From Chloroflexota bacterium (GTDB lineage Bacteria > Chloroflexota > Limnocylindria > Limnocylindrales > CSP1-4), in contig JAUJOH010000003.1 of the NCBI GenBank assembly GCA_030447745.1, positions 118,143 through 171,710 of the forward strand: a stretch of 53,568 nt of DNA, given 5' to 3'. This document shows positions 8,688-19,855 of the stretch, piece after piece (position 1 is the stretch's first letter; each line of letters starts with the position of its first letter). A program made the translations under genes and the position numbers. The notes beneath the pieces are model-generated. The model was not told the DNA's origin. It saw only the letters and a program-made list of their open reading frames with translations, and searched no databases.

Positions 8688-10200
8688 ATGAACGACGCTG
8701 TCGCCGTGCCCGCGATCGAGGTCGCCGGCCTGCGGAAGCAATACGGCGGCATCGTCGCGCTCGACGGCGTGGATCTCGCGATCGCCCCGTCGAGCATCCA
8801 CGCGATCGTCGGCGAGAACGGCGCCGGCAAGTCGACCCTGATGAAGATCCTCGCCGGCGCCGTCCAGCCGGACGCCGGCGAGATCCGGGTGGGCGGCGCG
8901 CTGGCGAGCTTCGCGATGCCGCAGGACGCGCGGCAGCTCGGGATCGGGATCGTCTACCAGGAGCTCAGCCTCTTTCCGGATCGCTCCATCCTCGCCAACC
9001 TGTTCGTCGCGTCCGAGACGACCCGGCGCGGGCTCGTCGACCGGGCGACGATGCGCGAGCGCTCGGCACCGGTGCTCCGGCAACTCGGGCTCGGTGTCAA
9101 TCCGGCCACCCCGGTGGGCCGGCTCGCCATCGGGGAGCGCCAGCTCGTCGAGCTGTCTCGGCTGCTGATCGAGCGACCCGCCGTCCTCATCCTCGACGAG
9201 CCGAACTCCGCCCTCGACGAGGCCGAAACGCGCCGGCTGTTCGCGATCCTCCGCGAGCTGACGGCCGACGGCGTCACGATCCTCTACGTCTCGCACCGGC
9301 TCGAGGAGGTGTTCGCGATCGCCGATCGGATCACCGTTCTCCGCAACGGGCGGATCGTCCTGACCAGCGATCGCGCCGGCCTGACGATTCCCGAGGTCGT
9401 GCGGGCGATGGTGGGTGGCGCGCAGGAGGCGATGTTCCCGCCACGGGGTGCCGAGCGGACGGCGGCCGGACCGCCGCTCGCGATCGAGCGCCTCATCGTC
9501 GGGCGCGAGCTCCACGAGGTGTCCCTGACCGCAGCGCCAGGCGAGATCGTCGGGCTCGCCGGCCTCGAGGGTTCTGGCGTCTCGGCACTGCTCGGCGTCC
9601 TGTTCGGCACCCGGCGGGCGAGCTCCGGCAGGGTGACCTTCCCCGACGGGCGTGGGCGCCGGGCGCCGGATCAGCCTCGTCCCGGCGGATCGCCGGCGTG
9701 ACGGCCTGATGCTCGAGGCCAGCGTGGCGCGGAACGTGGTCCATGTCGCGATCGGCGCGCTGGGCCGCCGGATCTGGCTGCGCGCTCGGGACTTCGTCGC
9801 GCCGGCCGAACGCCAGATCGCGAACCTGCGTGTCCGCGCCGCTAGCCCCGCGATGCGCGTCGGCCAGCTGTCCGGAGGCAACCAGCAGAAGGTGGTGGTC
9901 GGCAAGTGGCTCGAGATCGGGCCGGACGTGATGCTCCTCGATGACCCGACCCGAGGCGTCGACGTCGGGCGAAGCGCGAGATCTACGGGCTCATCCGGCG
10001 CCTCGCCGCCGACGGACGCATCATCCTGTTCCGCTCCACCGAGCTCCCGAGCTGGTCGGGCTCGCCGACCGGATCGTCGTGTTCCATCACGGCCGGGTGG
10101 CCGGCGAGGTCGATCGCGGGACGATCGACGACAGCGCCTTGCTCCATGCGATCAACACCGGTGAAGTCGGCCCCACGGCGGCCGCCGCGATCCGCACTGA
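8688..10200 (+). CDS. Sugar ABC transporter ATP-binding protein (RbsA type), frameshifted near 9655, 9975 and 10050
   Basis: GENGAGKST, ILDEPN, YVSHRL, then in other frames VPADRRRDGL, LSGGNQQKV, LDDPTRGVDVG and PELVGLADRI. End is approximate. Confidence 0.9.
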
Positions 10201-10216
10201 CCCGAAGGAGGAGGCG

Positions 10217-10546
10217 ATGATCCGTCGCGCGTTCACGATGCGGTTGAAGCCCGGCAAGCTGGCCGAGTACAAGGCGCACCACGACAACATCTGGTCGAGC
10301 TCGTGGCCGAGATCGAACGGCAGGGCATCGCCTCGATGACGATCTTCGAGAAGGACCCGCAGCTCTTCCTCTATTCCGAGATCCGCGACGAGGCGGCGTG
10401 GGACCGGCTCTGGGCGTCGCCGATCCACGACCGGTGGAGCGAGGCTCATGAACCCGCTCATGGAGTTCCGCCCGGACGGCATCGTCGAGTCGACCCAGGT
10501 TCGGGAGGTCTTCCACCTCGAGACGGGCGCACGGACCGATGGCTGA
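10217..10546 (+). CDS. rhaM: L-rhamnose mutarotase family protein (frameshifted)
   Basis: MIRRAFTMRLKPGKLAEYKAHHDNIW / ELVAEIERQGIASMTIF...LFLYSE...DRW / MNPLME...EVFHLE; SD GGAGG. Confidence 0.85.
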
Positions 10547-11379
10547 CCACGAGGGACGGATCGCCGTCGTCACCGGCGGCGGCCGCGGGCTTGGCCGCCG
10601 GGCGGCCTGGGCCTCGCGTCGCGCGGGGCGACGGTCGTGTCGGTCGCACGCAACGAGGGCCAGCTCGCCGAGACGGCGGCCCTCGCCGGCGACGGGCCGG
10701 GTCGGATCGTCCCGATGCCCGCTGACGTCACGCAGATCCCGTCGGTCGACGCGTTGGCGGACCGCGTTCGCGCGAAGGTGGGGCGTCCGACGATCCTGGT
10801 CAACGCCGCCGGCTGGTTCGGGCCGATCGCGCTGATCCACGAATCGGATCCCGAGGATTGGATCCGGACCGTCACGGTCCTCGCGCTGGCGCCGTACCTC
10901 ACTGTCCGCGCGTTCCTGCCAGGGATGCTCGACGAGGCGTGGGGCCGGATCGTCAACGTGACGTCGGCCGCGTCGCTCCACCCGCCGGGACCGCTCAACT
11001 CCGCGTACGCGACCGGGAAGGTCGCACTGAACCAGTTCACCCGGCATCTCGCCGCAGAGATCGCCGGGACAGGCGCGTCACCGCGAACGTCATCCATCCG
11101 GGTGACGTCCGGACGGACATGTGGCGGGACATCCGCGACCGGGTCGCGACGATGGGGCCGATCGCCGAGGCCTACCGGGCCTGGGCGACGTGGGTCGACG
11201 AGACCGGCGGTGATCCGCCCCACAAGGCGGTCGAGCTGATCCTGCGCCTCACCAGCGACGCGGGCAGTGAGCGGAACGGCGAGTTCTGCTGGATCGACGA
11301 GCCGCTCCAGGCGCCGATCCCCTCGTGGGGCGAGGCGCCCAAGCTCCAGCCCTGGCTGCAGGAGGCGTCCCGCGACTGA
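10539..11379 (+). CDS. SDR family oxidoreductase (frameshifted)
   Basis: TGGGRGLG, VNAAG, YATGK and NVIHPG across three frames. Confidence 0.88.
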
Positions 11380-12399
11380 TGGACCCGACCGCGGTCCGCC
11401 GGATCGGGCAGACCGACGTCGCCGTCACCGAGCTCGGCTTCGGCGGCGCCTCGATCGGCGAGCTGTTCCACAAGGTGCCGGAAGAGGACGCGATCGCCGC
11501 GGTCCGGACGGCCTGGGAACTCGGCGTGCGGTACTTCGACACGGCGCCCTGGTACGGCCGCGGCCTGTCCGAGCTGCGGACCGGCGCCGGGCTGCGCGAC
11601 CGGCCGCGCGAGGAGTTCGTGCTGTCGACCAAGGTCGGCCGCTGGCCTCCGCCCGAACGCCCTCGTCGCGTTCAGCAGTGCCCCGTGGGTCGGGGGCGCG
11701 CGCAACGACGTCGTCTTTGACTACTCGTACGACGGGATCATGCGGGCGGTCGACCAGAGCCGGCAGCGCCTGGGCGTCCCGCGCTACGACGTTGCGGTCA
11801 TCCATGACCTGGACCACCTCTACCACGGGACGGGCCAGAAGCTCGACGGCTACTTCATGCAGCTCGCGACGTCCGGCTGGCGCGCGCTCACCGAGCTCAA
11901 GGCGGCCGGCGAGATCCGGGCGATCGCCGCCGGGATCAACGACCGGGGCTGATCCCGCGCTTCCTCGACCTCGTGGACGTCGATGCGTTCCTCGTCGCGA
12001 TGCCGTATACGCTCCTGCGCCAGGACGTGCTCGACGACGAGTTTCCGGCGGCCGTCGAGCGCGGCTGCGTTCATCGTCGGTGCGCCGTTCCAGTCGGCAT
12101 CCTCGCCACCGGCGCGTCGAAGCCCGCCAACGCGGACTACGCGCCGCCCGAACCCGAGATGCTCGAGCGCGTCCGGCGGTTCGAAGCCGTCTGTTCGCGG
12201 CACGGCGTCCCCCTGGCCGCGGCCGCGCTCCAGTTCCCCTCGGGCATCCCGCCGTTTCGTCGGTGATCCCGGGTGCCCGGAACGCCGCGCGCAGGTTAGC
12301 CGCAACGTCGACACGTTCCGGCACAGGATCCCGCCGGACCTGTGGGCCGACCTCAAGCACGAACGCCTCGTGCGCGAGGACTCCCCGGTCCCGCCATGA
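11379..12399 (+). CDS. Aldo/keto reductase, D-threo-aldose (L-fucose/L-galactose) 1-dehydrogenase-like (frameshifted)
   Basis: LGFGGASIGEL, FDTAPWYGRGLSE, STKVGR, DYSYDG, IHDLD; ATG overlaps the upstream TGA. Confidence 0.88.
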
Positions 12400-12412
12400 C
12401 GGGGTGGCGCGC

Positions 12413-12853
12413 GTGACCGACCCGGCGCGGCTCGTCGGGACCTGGCGGCTCCGGTCGTGGATCTCGACCGGTGAGGACGGCTCCGTCGCGGAGCCGATGG
12501 GCCGGTCGCCCGAGGGAATCCTCGTCTACACCGGCGGCGGGACGATGATCACGACGATCGGCCTGCCCGGCCGGCCGTGCATCACCGGCGGCGACATCCT
12601 GCGCGGCCCGCCCGACGAGATCGTCGCCATGGCGACCACGTTCATCGCCTACTCCGGCACGTACCGACTCGACGGCGACGACGTCATCCACGACGTCGAG
12701 ATGAGTCTCTTCCCCGACTGGGTCGGTACTCGGCAGCGGCGGCACGTATCGCTGTCCGACGACGGCTCGCGGCTGATGCTTAGCGCCGACCCGATGATGG
12801 TCCGCGGCCGGATCAGCGCCCAGCGCCTCGAGTGGGAGCGGATCCGGGACTGA
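12413..12853 (+). CDS. Lipocalin-like domain protein
   Basis: LVGTWRLRSW...PMG..PEGILVYT..GTM...FIAYSGTY...VIHDVEMSLFPDWVG. Confidence 0.85.
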   Translation: MTDPARLVGTWRLRSWISTGEDGSVAEPMGRSPEGILVYTGGGTMITTIGLPGRPCITGGDILRGPPDEIVAMATTFIAYSGTYRLDGDDVIHDVEMSLFPDWVGTRQRRHVSLSDDGSRLMLSADPMMVRGRISAQRLEWERIRD

Positions 12854-14078
12854 GCGTCAGCGCTTGGACGTGGCGCATCAGCTCCAGCTCGACTGCAAAC
12901 GCAGGCTCCGGCGCCGCCTCGAACTCCGGCCAGCGGTCGAGGAGCGCGCTCGTGGCCGCCGCGATCTCCACGCGCGCCAGTTGGTAGCCGAGACAGGAGT
13001 GGTCGCCGGCCCCGAATGTCAGGTGGCCGGCCCGCCCGTCCGCGTCGGGACCGCCGTGGCGCGATTCCTTGCCTGGGTGGAGGCCGCGGCGCCACGGGTT
13101 GAAGCGGTCCGGATCCGCGAAGACGGTCTCGTCGCGGTTGGCCGAGCCGATCACGGCGCGGAGCGTCGCGCCAGCCGGGACGGTCGTGCCGTGCCACTCG
13201 ACGTCGCGAGTCACCTCGCGGTCCTCCGCGATCACCGGGCCGCTGTGACGCAGCGCTTCCGAGATGACGGCGTCGAGCAGGGCCGGGTCCTCGTCGCTCG
13301 CGAGTGCGGCCTGCACATCCGGCGCTCCAGCGACGGTCGCCCATGTGTTCGCGATGGCGAGGCCGGTCGTCTCGCCACCGGCGACGAGAAGCAGGCTGAC
13401 GAACGAATGGACCTCGGCGCGCGAGAGCCATTGGCCGTCGACCTCTGCTCTGACGATGTGCGAGATCAGGTCGTCGCCCGGATCGCGGTACGCCGCGTCG
13501 ATCCGCGGATCGAAGAGCGCGGCGAGCGCGGCGTGTGCGCCGCGACCTTCGGCTGCCGCCGCGGCGTCGCCACCGAGCCCCGAGAGGATCGCCGCGCTGT
13601 GGCGCGCGAACGCCTCGTGGTCGGTCTCGTCGAGGCCGAGCAGGTCGGCGATCACGAGTAGCGGCAGGGGCGACGCGACGGTAGCCCAGGCATCGACGGC
13701 GCCCGAGTCTGGCCACCGCTCGAACAGGGCTGCGATGCGGCGAGCGACCATCGGGCGGACGTGCTCGATCCTCCGTCCGACGAGCTCCGGGGCGACGATC
13801 GCGCGCCTGGTTCGGTGGGCGGAGCCGTCGAGGTTGACGAGGCTCGGGCCGATCTGCTCCGAGAACCGGCGGTACGGGCGCCCGACGGCATAGGTGGCCG
13901 GATCGCGGAACACGGCGAGGACGTCGTCGTAGCGCGTGACGATCCAGCGGTCGGCGACCGGATCGTGCCAGATGGGCGCGTCGTGGCGGAGGCGCCGCCA
14001 CGCCGGGAACGGGTCGCGCCGGAACTGCTCGGTGTGGAGCAGGTCGGGCGGCACGGCCGCGGTGCTTGTGGCCGTCAT
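12813..14078 (-). CDS. Cytochrome P450 (second of tandem pair)
   Basis: DPFPAWRRLR, I-helix VAGGETT, EALR (ExxR), haem motif FGAGDHSCLG. Confidence 0.95.
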   Translation of the reverse strand: MTATSTAAVPPDLLHTEQFRRDPFPAWRRLRHDAPIWHDPVADRWIVTRYDDVLAVFRDPATYAVGRPYRRFSEQIGPSLVNLDGSAHRTRRAIVAPELVGRRIEHVRPMVARRIAALFERWPDSGAVDAWATVASPLPLLVIADLLGLDETDHEAFARHSAAILSGLGGDAAAAAEGRGAHAALAALFDPRIDAAYRDPGDDLISHIVRAEVDGQWLSRAEVHSFVSLLLVAGGETTGLAIANTWATVAGAPDVQAALASDEDPALLDAVISEALRHSGPVIAEDREVTRDVEWHGTTVPAGATLRAVIGSANRDETVFADPDRFNPWRRGLHPGKESRHGGPDADGRAGHLTFGAGDHSCLGYQLARVEIAAATSALLDRWPEFEAAPEPAFAVELELMRHVQALTLSPGSAPTRGAGR

Positions 14079-15341
14079 CCTCCGAGCGGCGGACACGCAT
14101 CGGGCGGGGTCGCGTCGCGCGCGGACGAGCTCGATCGGGCGCCAAGCACGCGAGACGAGTCCGACCGAACGGGACGGCGGCGTGTCGGCGGCCAGGGCGA
14201 GGTCCGGAAACGCGGTGAACAGCCCGACGACGGCCTCGAAGGCCTCGATGCGGGCGAGGTGGGCACCCGCGCAGTGGCGCGGGCCGACGTTGAACGCGAG
14301 ATGGCTGAACAGCCGTGGCCGGGATGGGTCGAAGCGAGCAGGATCCCGCCAGCGCCCGGGGTCGCGGTTCGCCGCTGCGTTGACCGCGATCATCCGCTCC
14401 CCCGCGGCGATCGCGACGCCGCCCAGGGTCGTGTCGGCCGTTGCGCGGCGCGCGCGGAGGTGGACGACCGTGGTGTGGCGGAGGACCTCCTCGAGGAACA
14501 GCGTGAATGCGTCGCGGTCGGCGAGCCACGCGGCCCGCTGCTCAGGCGGCTGCTGGAACACGACATGGATCGCGTTGCAGATCAAGAACGCGGTCGTCTC
14601 CGATCCGGCCTCGAACAGGAACTTGGCGTTGTCGATGACGTCGCGCTCGTCCCAGTCGGGGAAGATCTCCCGGCCCGCCGCCCACAACAGGCTGATCGCG
14701 TCTTCGGCCGGCCGGTCGCGCCGCTCGCGGACGGTGTCGACGAGCGCGGGCTCGAGCGCTCTCGTCGCGACGACGGCCGCCTGGCGCGCCTCGGCGTCCT
14801 CGCCGTACGAGTGGCGCCAGGCGAGGACCGCTTCCATCCAGCCCTTCGCCTGGTCGAGCGTCGCGGCGTCCGCGTCGGGCAGTCCCAGCATCCGGGCGAC
14901 GACGGCGATCGGCAGCAGCCGTGCAAAGTCGGCGAATAACTCGAACCGCTGCGTCCCGGCAAGGGTCGAGAGCCGCGCCGTGACGATCGGGCGGACCGCG
15001 CTCGCCGCCTGCCGGGCGATCGGATCAGGGCGCCATGCGTGCGACAGCGAGCGGTGGAGCGCATCGTGAGGGGCACCGACGAGCGACCGGAAGTCGCGCC
15101 GGCCGACGATCTCGGCCGCGCCCGGCAGCGTCCGCGTCGGCTCCTCGAACAGGTCTTCGCGCCGTTCGACGAACGCGCAGCCGTCGTGGTCGAGCACGAG
15201 CCATGCGGCCATGCCCTCGTCCCACACGACGTTGCCGGCGGCGCGCATCCGCTCGTAGGCGGGGTACGGGTCGACGTCGCGGAGGTCCCGCAGCGACACG
15301 TCCGCGACAGGGCGGGTCGCGGCCGCCAGCGCGCCGGTCAC
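14075..15341 (-). CDS. Cytochrome P450 (first of tandem pair; reads in frame into the second)
   Basis: DPYPAYERMR, FEAGSETT, EEVLR, FNVGPRHCAG; GTG at 15341 overlaps the upstream TGA. A TGA at 14077-14075 in another frame is the probable true stop. Confidence 0.93.
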
Positions 15342-16771
15342 ACGATCACGGCGTCGATCCCGAGGTGGCGGGCGACGGTCGCCACGTCCCGAGAGAAGTC
15401 GCCGGGTGTCGCCGAGCTGTGGTGGTTTACGCCGGCGCTCGCCCAGCGCGACCACGCTTCTTCCACGGGACCCTCCCGGAAGCGGAAGGCGCCGTTCGAC
15501 GTCCCGGTCTGCGGGAAGCGCCGCTCGGTCAGCTCGCCGCGAGCGACGACGTAGCGGAAGCCGCCGCGCGAATCGGGATGGGGCGTGAAGCCGACGAGCG
15601 TAGCGAGACCGGGTGCCGGCTCGAGCACGGCGCACACGCCGCAGTGCGGATCGCGGCCGCAGAACCAGCCGTTCCGGCGCAGCCGCGGTCGCTCGCCGGG
15701 AGCCAGCCATGCCAGGTCGTGCTCGCCGCTGTTGGCGATCACGACCTCGCCGGTGGCGTAGTCGATCGCCTCGATCTCCTGGTAGAGCGCGGCGCCGCCC
15801 AGCCGCTTCGTCGTCAGCATCGCGACCGCGGTCACGACGTCGCCGGTGCACGTGAACGGCCGGCCGGCGGTCGTCAGCCGTCCGAGCCCCCAGCACGGCG
15901 CGATCCCGACCGTCTCGCCAAAGCGGAACTGCTCGACGTGGCAGTTGAAGGCGCCCCCATCGAGCCGATGGGCGTCGGCGACGTCCTCGAGGGCCGCCGC
16001 CGCCCTCAGCGACCGCTCGAGGAGTCAGAGCCGTCGAGCGGCTCCTCGAAGGTCCAGTCGCGGCGGACCTCGGCCTCCAGCCCCCGTACCCGGTCGTCCG
16101 CGACGGCGCGGTAGTGCTCGACGACCTCGTCGGCGTCGATGGGCACGAGCTCGATCCCGGTCGCCGCGCGGAGGTCCGCGTCGTCCGCGTCCACGTGTTG
16201 GTAGCCCTCGAGGGGGCGCCCGATCCGCCCGAGCCGGGCGCGCGATAGACGTCGAGCGATTCCGGCAAGCCTGAGCGCATCGCGGACGCGCACCACCCCG
16301 GCGTGGTCCGAGCGCCGCGCGAGCACGAGGCTCGAACGGGCGCCCGTCTCGAGACAGGAGGTTCGTGATCATCAGGGCGCCGACCGTCGCGCCGTGGGTC
16401 GTGATCGAGCCGTGATCGAACGCGCCGCTCACGAGCCCCGTCTCATGCAGCGCCCAGACGACGACAGGAACGCGCCGCAGCGCCTCGATGGCGGCCATCG
16501 TCCACGCGGCGGGTACCGCCATCGTCTGGACGACGAGCAGCACGTCGACGTCCGCCGCCGCAAACCTTTGTCCGATCGCGGCCCCGTCCTCCGCCGACGC
16601 GATCTCGGCCACCTCGACGGGCTCGACGACGTCCTCGGCTCGGCGGCGACGACGGCGCGTCAGTGCAAGGCGATCGGCCCGGAACGTCAGCCCGGCGGTG
16701 TGCTCCAGAGCGTCCAGGTACGGGTGGACGACGCCGGCCCGCGGGCGGCAGGGTGTGGTCGACGCGGGCAT
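15338..16771 (-). CDS. L-arabinose/L-fucose isomerase-superfamily protein (frameshifted)
   Basis: Stitched frames give DVLLVVQTM...VPVVVWAL...RLGRIG...FNCH...PFTCTGDVVTAVAM...YQE...ANSGEHD...FRYVVARGE...WASAGVNHH...ARHLGI, an AraA/FucI-like layout. Confidence 0.75.
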
Positions 16772-16778
16772 CGCTCTC

Positions 16779-17418
16779 TCAGTCCTGGTGGTAGACCTCA
16801 TCGGCCGTGATCAGCTTCCCGTCGGCGTCCGCAATCGTCGTGATGATCCCTGCGAACGACTCGCCCCACCGCCGGTTCACGTCGGTCGCGTCGATCCGCC
16901 CGAAGACGGTCTCCATGTCCGGTAGTACTCGCCGTAGTAGATGACGTGCGCGCCGCGGCGGAACCCGTTGTAATTCCGGAACCCGGCGTCCTCGATCGCG
17001 GCCATCATGTCTGCCACGGGTCGGCATGGCGGGCGTCGTACTCGTCGGCGCGCTCGGGGTCGACGACGAAGTGCTGCGGGTCATCGGTCCCTCGAGTGGA
17101 GGGCCGTCGGCCCGGAAGATCGGGCGGTACCAGAGAAGCTCGCCGGAGTCGTCGGTGATCTGGGCGATGACGTCGCGGAAGTAGCGGTTCCAGCGCTGGT
17201 TGGCGGGCTTCTGGGCCCTGCACGCCGAAGGCCGTCTTGGCGTCCGGCTCGCACTCGGCGTAATACCAGACGTCGGTCCCGCGCCGGAAGCGGTGAAGTT
17301 TCCGGATGCCCGATTCGCGGATTTCGTCGACGAGCTCGGGCCAGACCTCGGCGTGCCGCCGGTCGTACTCGGCCTCGGTCCCCGGGAAGATGCGGAGGTA
17401 GAAGGCGACGCGCTCCAT
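16779..17418 (-). CDS. Double-domain L-rhamnose mutarotase family protein (frameshifted)
   Basis: Two repeats: RVAFYLRIFPGTEAEYDRRHAEVWPEL...FRRG..YYAE..QRW and VDPERADEYDARHADPW...FRRG..YYGE..RRW. Confidence 0.82.
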
Positions 17419-17577
17419 CGGGGCTCCTGGCGGTCTTCGGCGGCGGGCTGGTGACGGTTCCAGTCGGTCATCGTAGCAGCACCGGGACGAGCCGGGACGG
17501 CTCACCGCCCCGCGCGCCTGGTGCAGCAAGCTTGACCTGCGGGGTCGACGCACAGGTGCCCCGACGCGAGTCCGAGG

Positions 17578-18397
17578 TCAGCCGAGGAGCACGATCGCCA
17601 CCCCAATGACCGCGATCCCGGCCCCGAGCACGAGCCTGCCCGACGGTGCGCGCCGGTTCGACGACGTCCCAGCCGATCGCGAACAGCGGGCCCGTCGCGA
17701 CGACCGTCTGGACGATCGCCGGGTTTCCGCCGCCCTGGACGCCGAGGAGGATGAGCGCGAGGTGCGAGGTGATCGCCATCGCTCGCGGCACCATCGCCGG
17801 CAGGTCGCGCAACGGCACGTCGCGCGGCCACCACAGCGCCGCGCAGACCGCAGCCGAGGCCGCCGTTCGCACGACGTACGTCTCGACGACGCCCGAGCCG
17901 GCATCGGCCAGCAAGCGCCCGACCACGGTCACGGCGCCCGTGCCGACGGCCGCGACGAGATCCAGGCCGCCGTCCGGCGGCGTCCCAGCGTCGAACTCAT
18001 CGCGCAGCGCGACGAGCACCCCCGCCACCACCACGATCGCGGCCGCGACCTGCCCGATCGACAGCTCGCCCGGCAGCAGCACGCCCGTCGCGACGGCGGC
18101 CGGCAGCGGGCTGACTGACTGCGCCGTCACTGTCGGGGCGGCGCCGCCCGCGGTGTACATGTCCCAGATCGCGACCGACGAGATCACGAGGGCGGCCGTT
18201 CCCGCAGCGTGGAGCAGCACGACCCACGGCGACCAGACCCACGACATGAACGGTGCGAGCGGAAGGAGGAGCAGGCAGTTAAGGGTGAACAGCGGCGCCA
18301 GCAGCTGCCGCGCCGGGTAACGCTGCGCGAGCCGCGTCGAGAGCACCGCGACGACCGCGTTCATCGCCGCCGCCGCCAGTCCGAACCCGACCTCCAC
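17578..18397 (-). CDS. EamA/DMT family membrane transporter (frameshifted)
   Basis: About 10 hydrophobic segments, SPLPAAV...LLPGE, IVQTVVATGPLF, and a C-terminal LVLGAGIAVIGVAIVLLG in another frame. Confidence 0.75.
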
Positions 18398-18603
18398 GAG
18401 CCGGCGGTCTCAGCCCACGAGGATCGCGGTCACCCGACCACGAGGAGTCCCGCCGCGAGCCTGACCCGCATCGGCGGGCGGCGTGGGGTCCGTGCCGACG
18501 ACCATCTGAACCCCGTTCGCGAACGCCGCGACAATGGCCAGGATCGCGGCGCTCACGTCTCGGTGCGGTCCTCTCGCGGGGACGGGTGGCTCGACCGCCG
18601 TGG

Positions 18604-18635
18604 TAGGCTGACGGTCAGTGCTGCAAACGGTACCG
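18604..18635 (+). promoter_or_regulatory. Extended -10 (TAGGCT) and LacI operator TGCAAACGGTACCG (18622-18635)
   Basis: Same motif family, located upstream of the GTG at 18674. Confidence 0.6.
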
Positions 18636-18673
18636 GTATCGTCGCGCACTGTAGGAGCGTGGAGGGCGGCCCC

Positions 18674-19789
18674 GTGCCGGAGACGACGATCGCGTTCACC
18701 GAGCTGCTCGGACGGCGGGTGCGGATGGGGACCTGGGAGGACCAGAAGGTCTCCACCTACCGGAAGATTCGCGAGGCGCTCGACGCGGGGCGCTGGGACG
18801 AGGCAGGCCAGCTGGCGAGCTACTTCATCGACGAGGCGAACGTCTGCTTCACGCTCTACCGCCAGTGGATCGGAGACCTGAACGGGTTCCTCCGCGACAA
18901 GGGCGTCGATGCCGGCGTGATCCAGGGCCGCAACGACCAGGCGACCGAGCTCTCGAAGCTCCCGGACGGCTCACCGTGGCAGCCGCGGCGCCAGTGGGAC
19001 CGCTTCCTGTCGGAGATGCAGGACGTCACCGCCGCGACGTACCGTGAGCAGCCGGAAGCCGCCAAGGCCGCGCTCGACACGGCCAAGGAGACGTGGCGCC
19101 AGTGCCATGACCGCGACGTCGACCACACCTACGCCCTCATGTCGCTGATCAAGGAGCAGTTGGGCGAGGGGGCGGTCCGCGAGATGTACGACCGCGTCCT
19201 GCTGCCGTTGTTCGTGTGGCGCTACGAGAAGTTCGACATCGACAAGCACCCGTGGGACGAGGCGCTCGAGACCCTGATGCTCGTCGCCTGCGAGGCGATG
19301 CGCGGTCACCTCGTCGGACCCGAACGGACGGGTGACTTCGAGCTGATCGAGACCGAGGACCGGTTCATCCTGCGGTTCGACCCGTGCGGATCGGGACAGC
19401 GGACGGTGCGCGGCGACTGGGTCGAAGGGACACCGGCCCGGATGGAGCCGCCGTACGGCTGGAAGGTGACCGAGGAACCGCACACCTGGAACCACAACAC
19501 GCCGGGCGTCTGCCTCTACTGCGCCCACTGCATCATCCTGATGGAAGAGATGCCGATGGACCGATTCGGCTATCCCGTTCGGGTGATCGACCCGCCCGTC
19601 TATCCGGACACGAACCCCGATCCCGCCGCGCGGCAGAAGTGCCAGTGGCAGATGTTCAAGGATCCGACGGCCGTGCCGGACGAGTACTACACGCGTGTCG
19701 GGCGGACGAAGCCGACGACGTTCGGATCCAAGGCCCACAACGCCCCGGAGCTGCCGAACCTGAACGCCGGGCTCCCGGGCGCCGGCTGA
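18674..19789 (+). CDS. Uncharacterised Cys-motif protein A (possible V4R/ATC-hydrolase-like metal-binding fold)
   Basis: 371 aa, strong GC3 codon bias, SD GGAGG; motifs WRQCHD, EAMRGH, DPCGSG, CLYCAHC, KCQW; a paralog starts at 26867. Confidence 0.9.
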   Translation: MPETTIAFTELLGRRVRMGTWEDQKVSTYRKIREALDAGRWDEAGQLASYFIDEANVCFTLYRQWIGDLNGFLRDKGVDAGVIQGRNDQATELSKLPDGSPWQPRRQWDRFLSEMQDVTAATYREQPEAAKAALDTAKETWRQCHDRDVDHTYALMSLIKEQLGEGAVREMYDRVLLPLFVWRYEKFDIDKHPWDEALETLMLVACEAMRGHLVGPERTGDFELIETEDRFILRFDPCGSGQRTVRGDWVEGTPARMEPPYGWKVTEEPHTWNHNTPGVCLYCAHCIILMEEMPMDRFGYPVRVIDPPVYPDTNPDPAARQKCQWQMFKDPTAVPDEYYTRVGRTKPTTFGSKAHNAPELPNLNAGLPGAG

Positions 19790-19808
19790 CGACGACCCCT
19801 TTCGGGTA

Positions 19809-19847
19809 GAAGAGCGGCGCCGGACCTCCTCCCCGGTGCCGCTTTTC
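19809..19847. terminator. Intrinsic (likely bidirectional) terminator hairpin
   Basis: GAAGAGCGGCGCCGG / CCGGTGCCGCTTTTC stem between convergent genes. Confidence 0.75.
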
Positions 19848-19855
19848 ATGTCCGG

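Noticed and set aside
9941-10339. Apparent fusion of ABC ATPase tail to RhaM
   Set aside because: RhaM has its own SD and ATG at 10217 and a TGA lies at 10198-10200 in another frame; most likely an indel artefact.
15342-16280. N-terminal 313 aa of the 1155-aa ORF, suggesting a giant P450 fusion
   Set aside because: Arg-rich out-of-frame read of the isomerase-like gene; the P450 starts at GTG 15341.
9600-17700. Many frameshifts as possible programmed recoding or phase variation
   Set aside because: Scattered, mostly in G/C runs, with no consistent slippery motif or repeat tract; typical of long-read errors.
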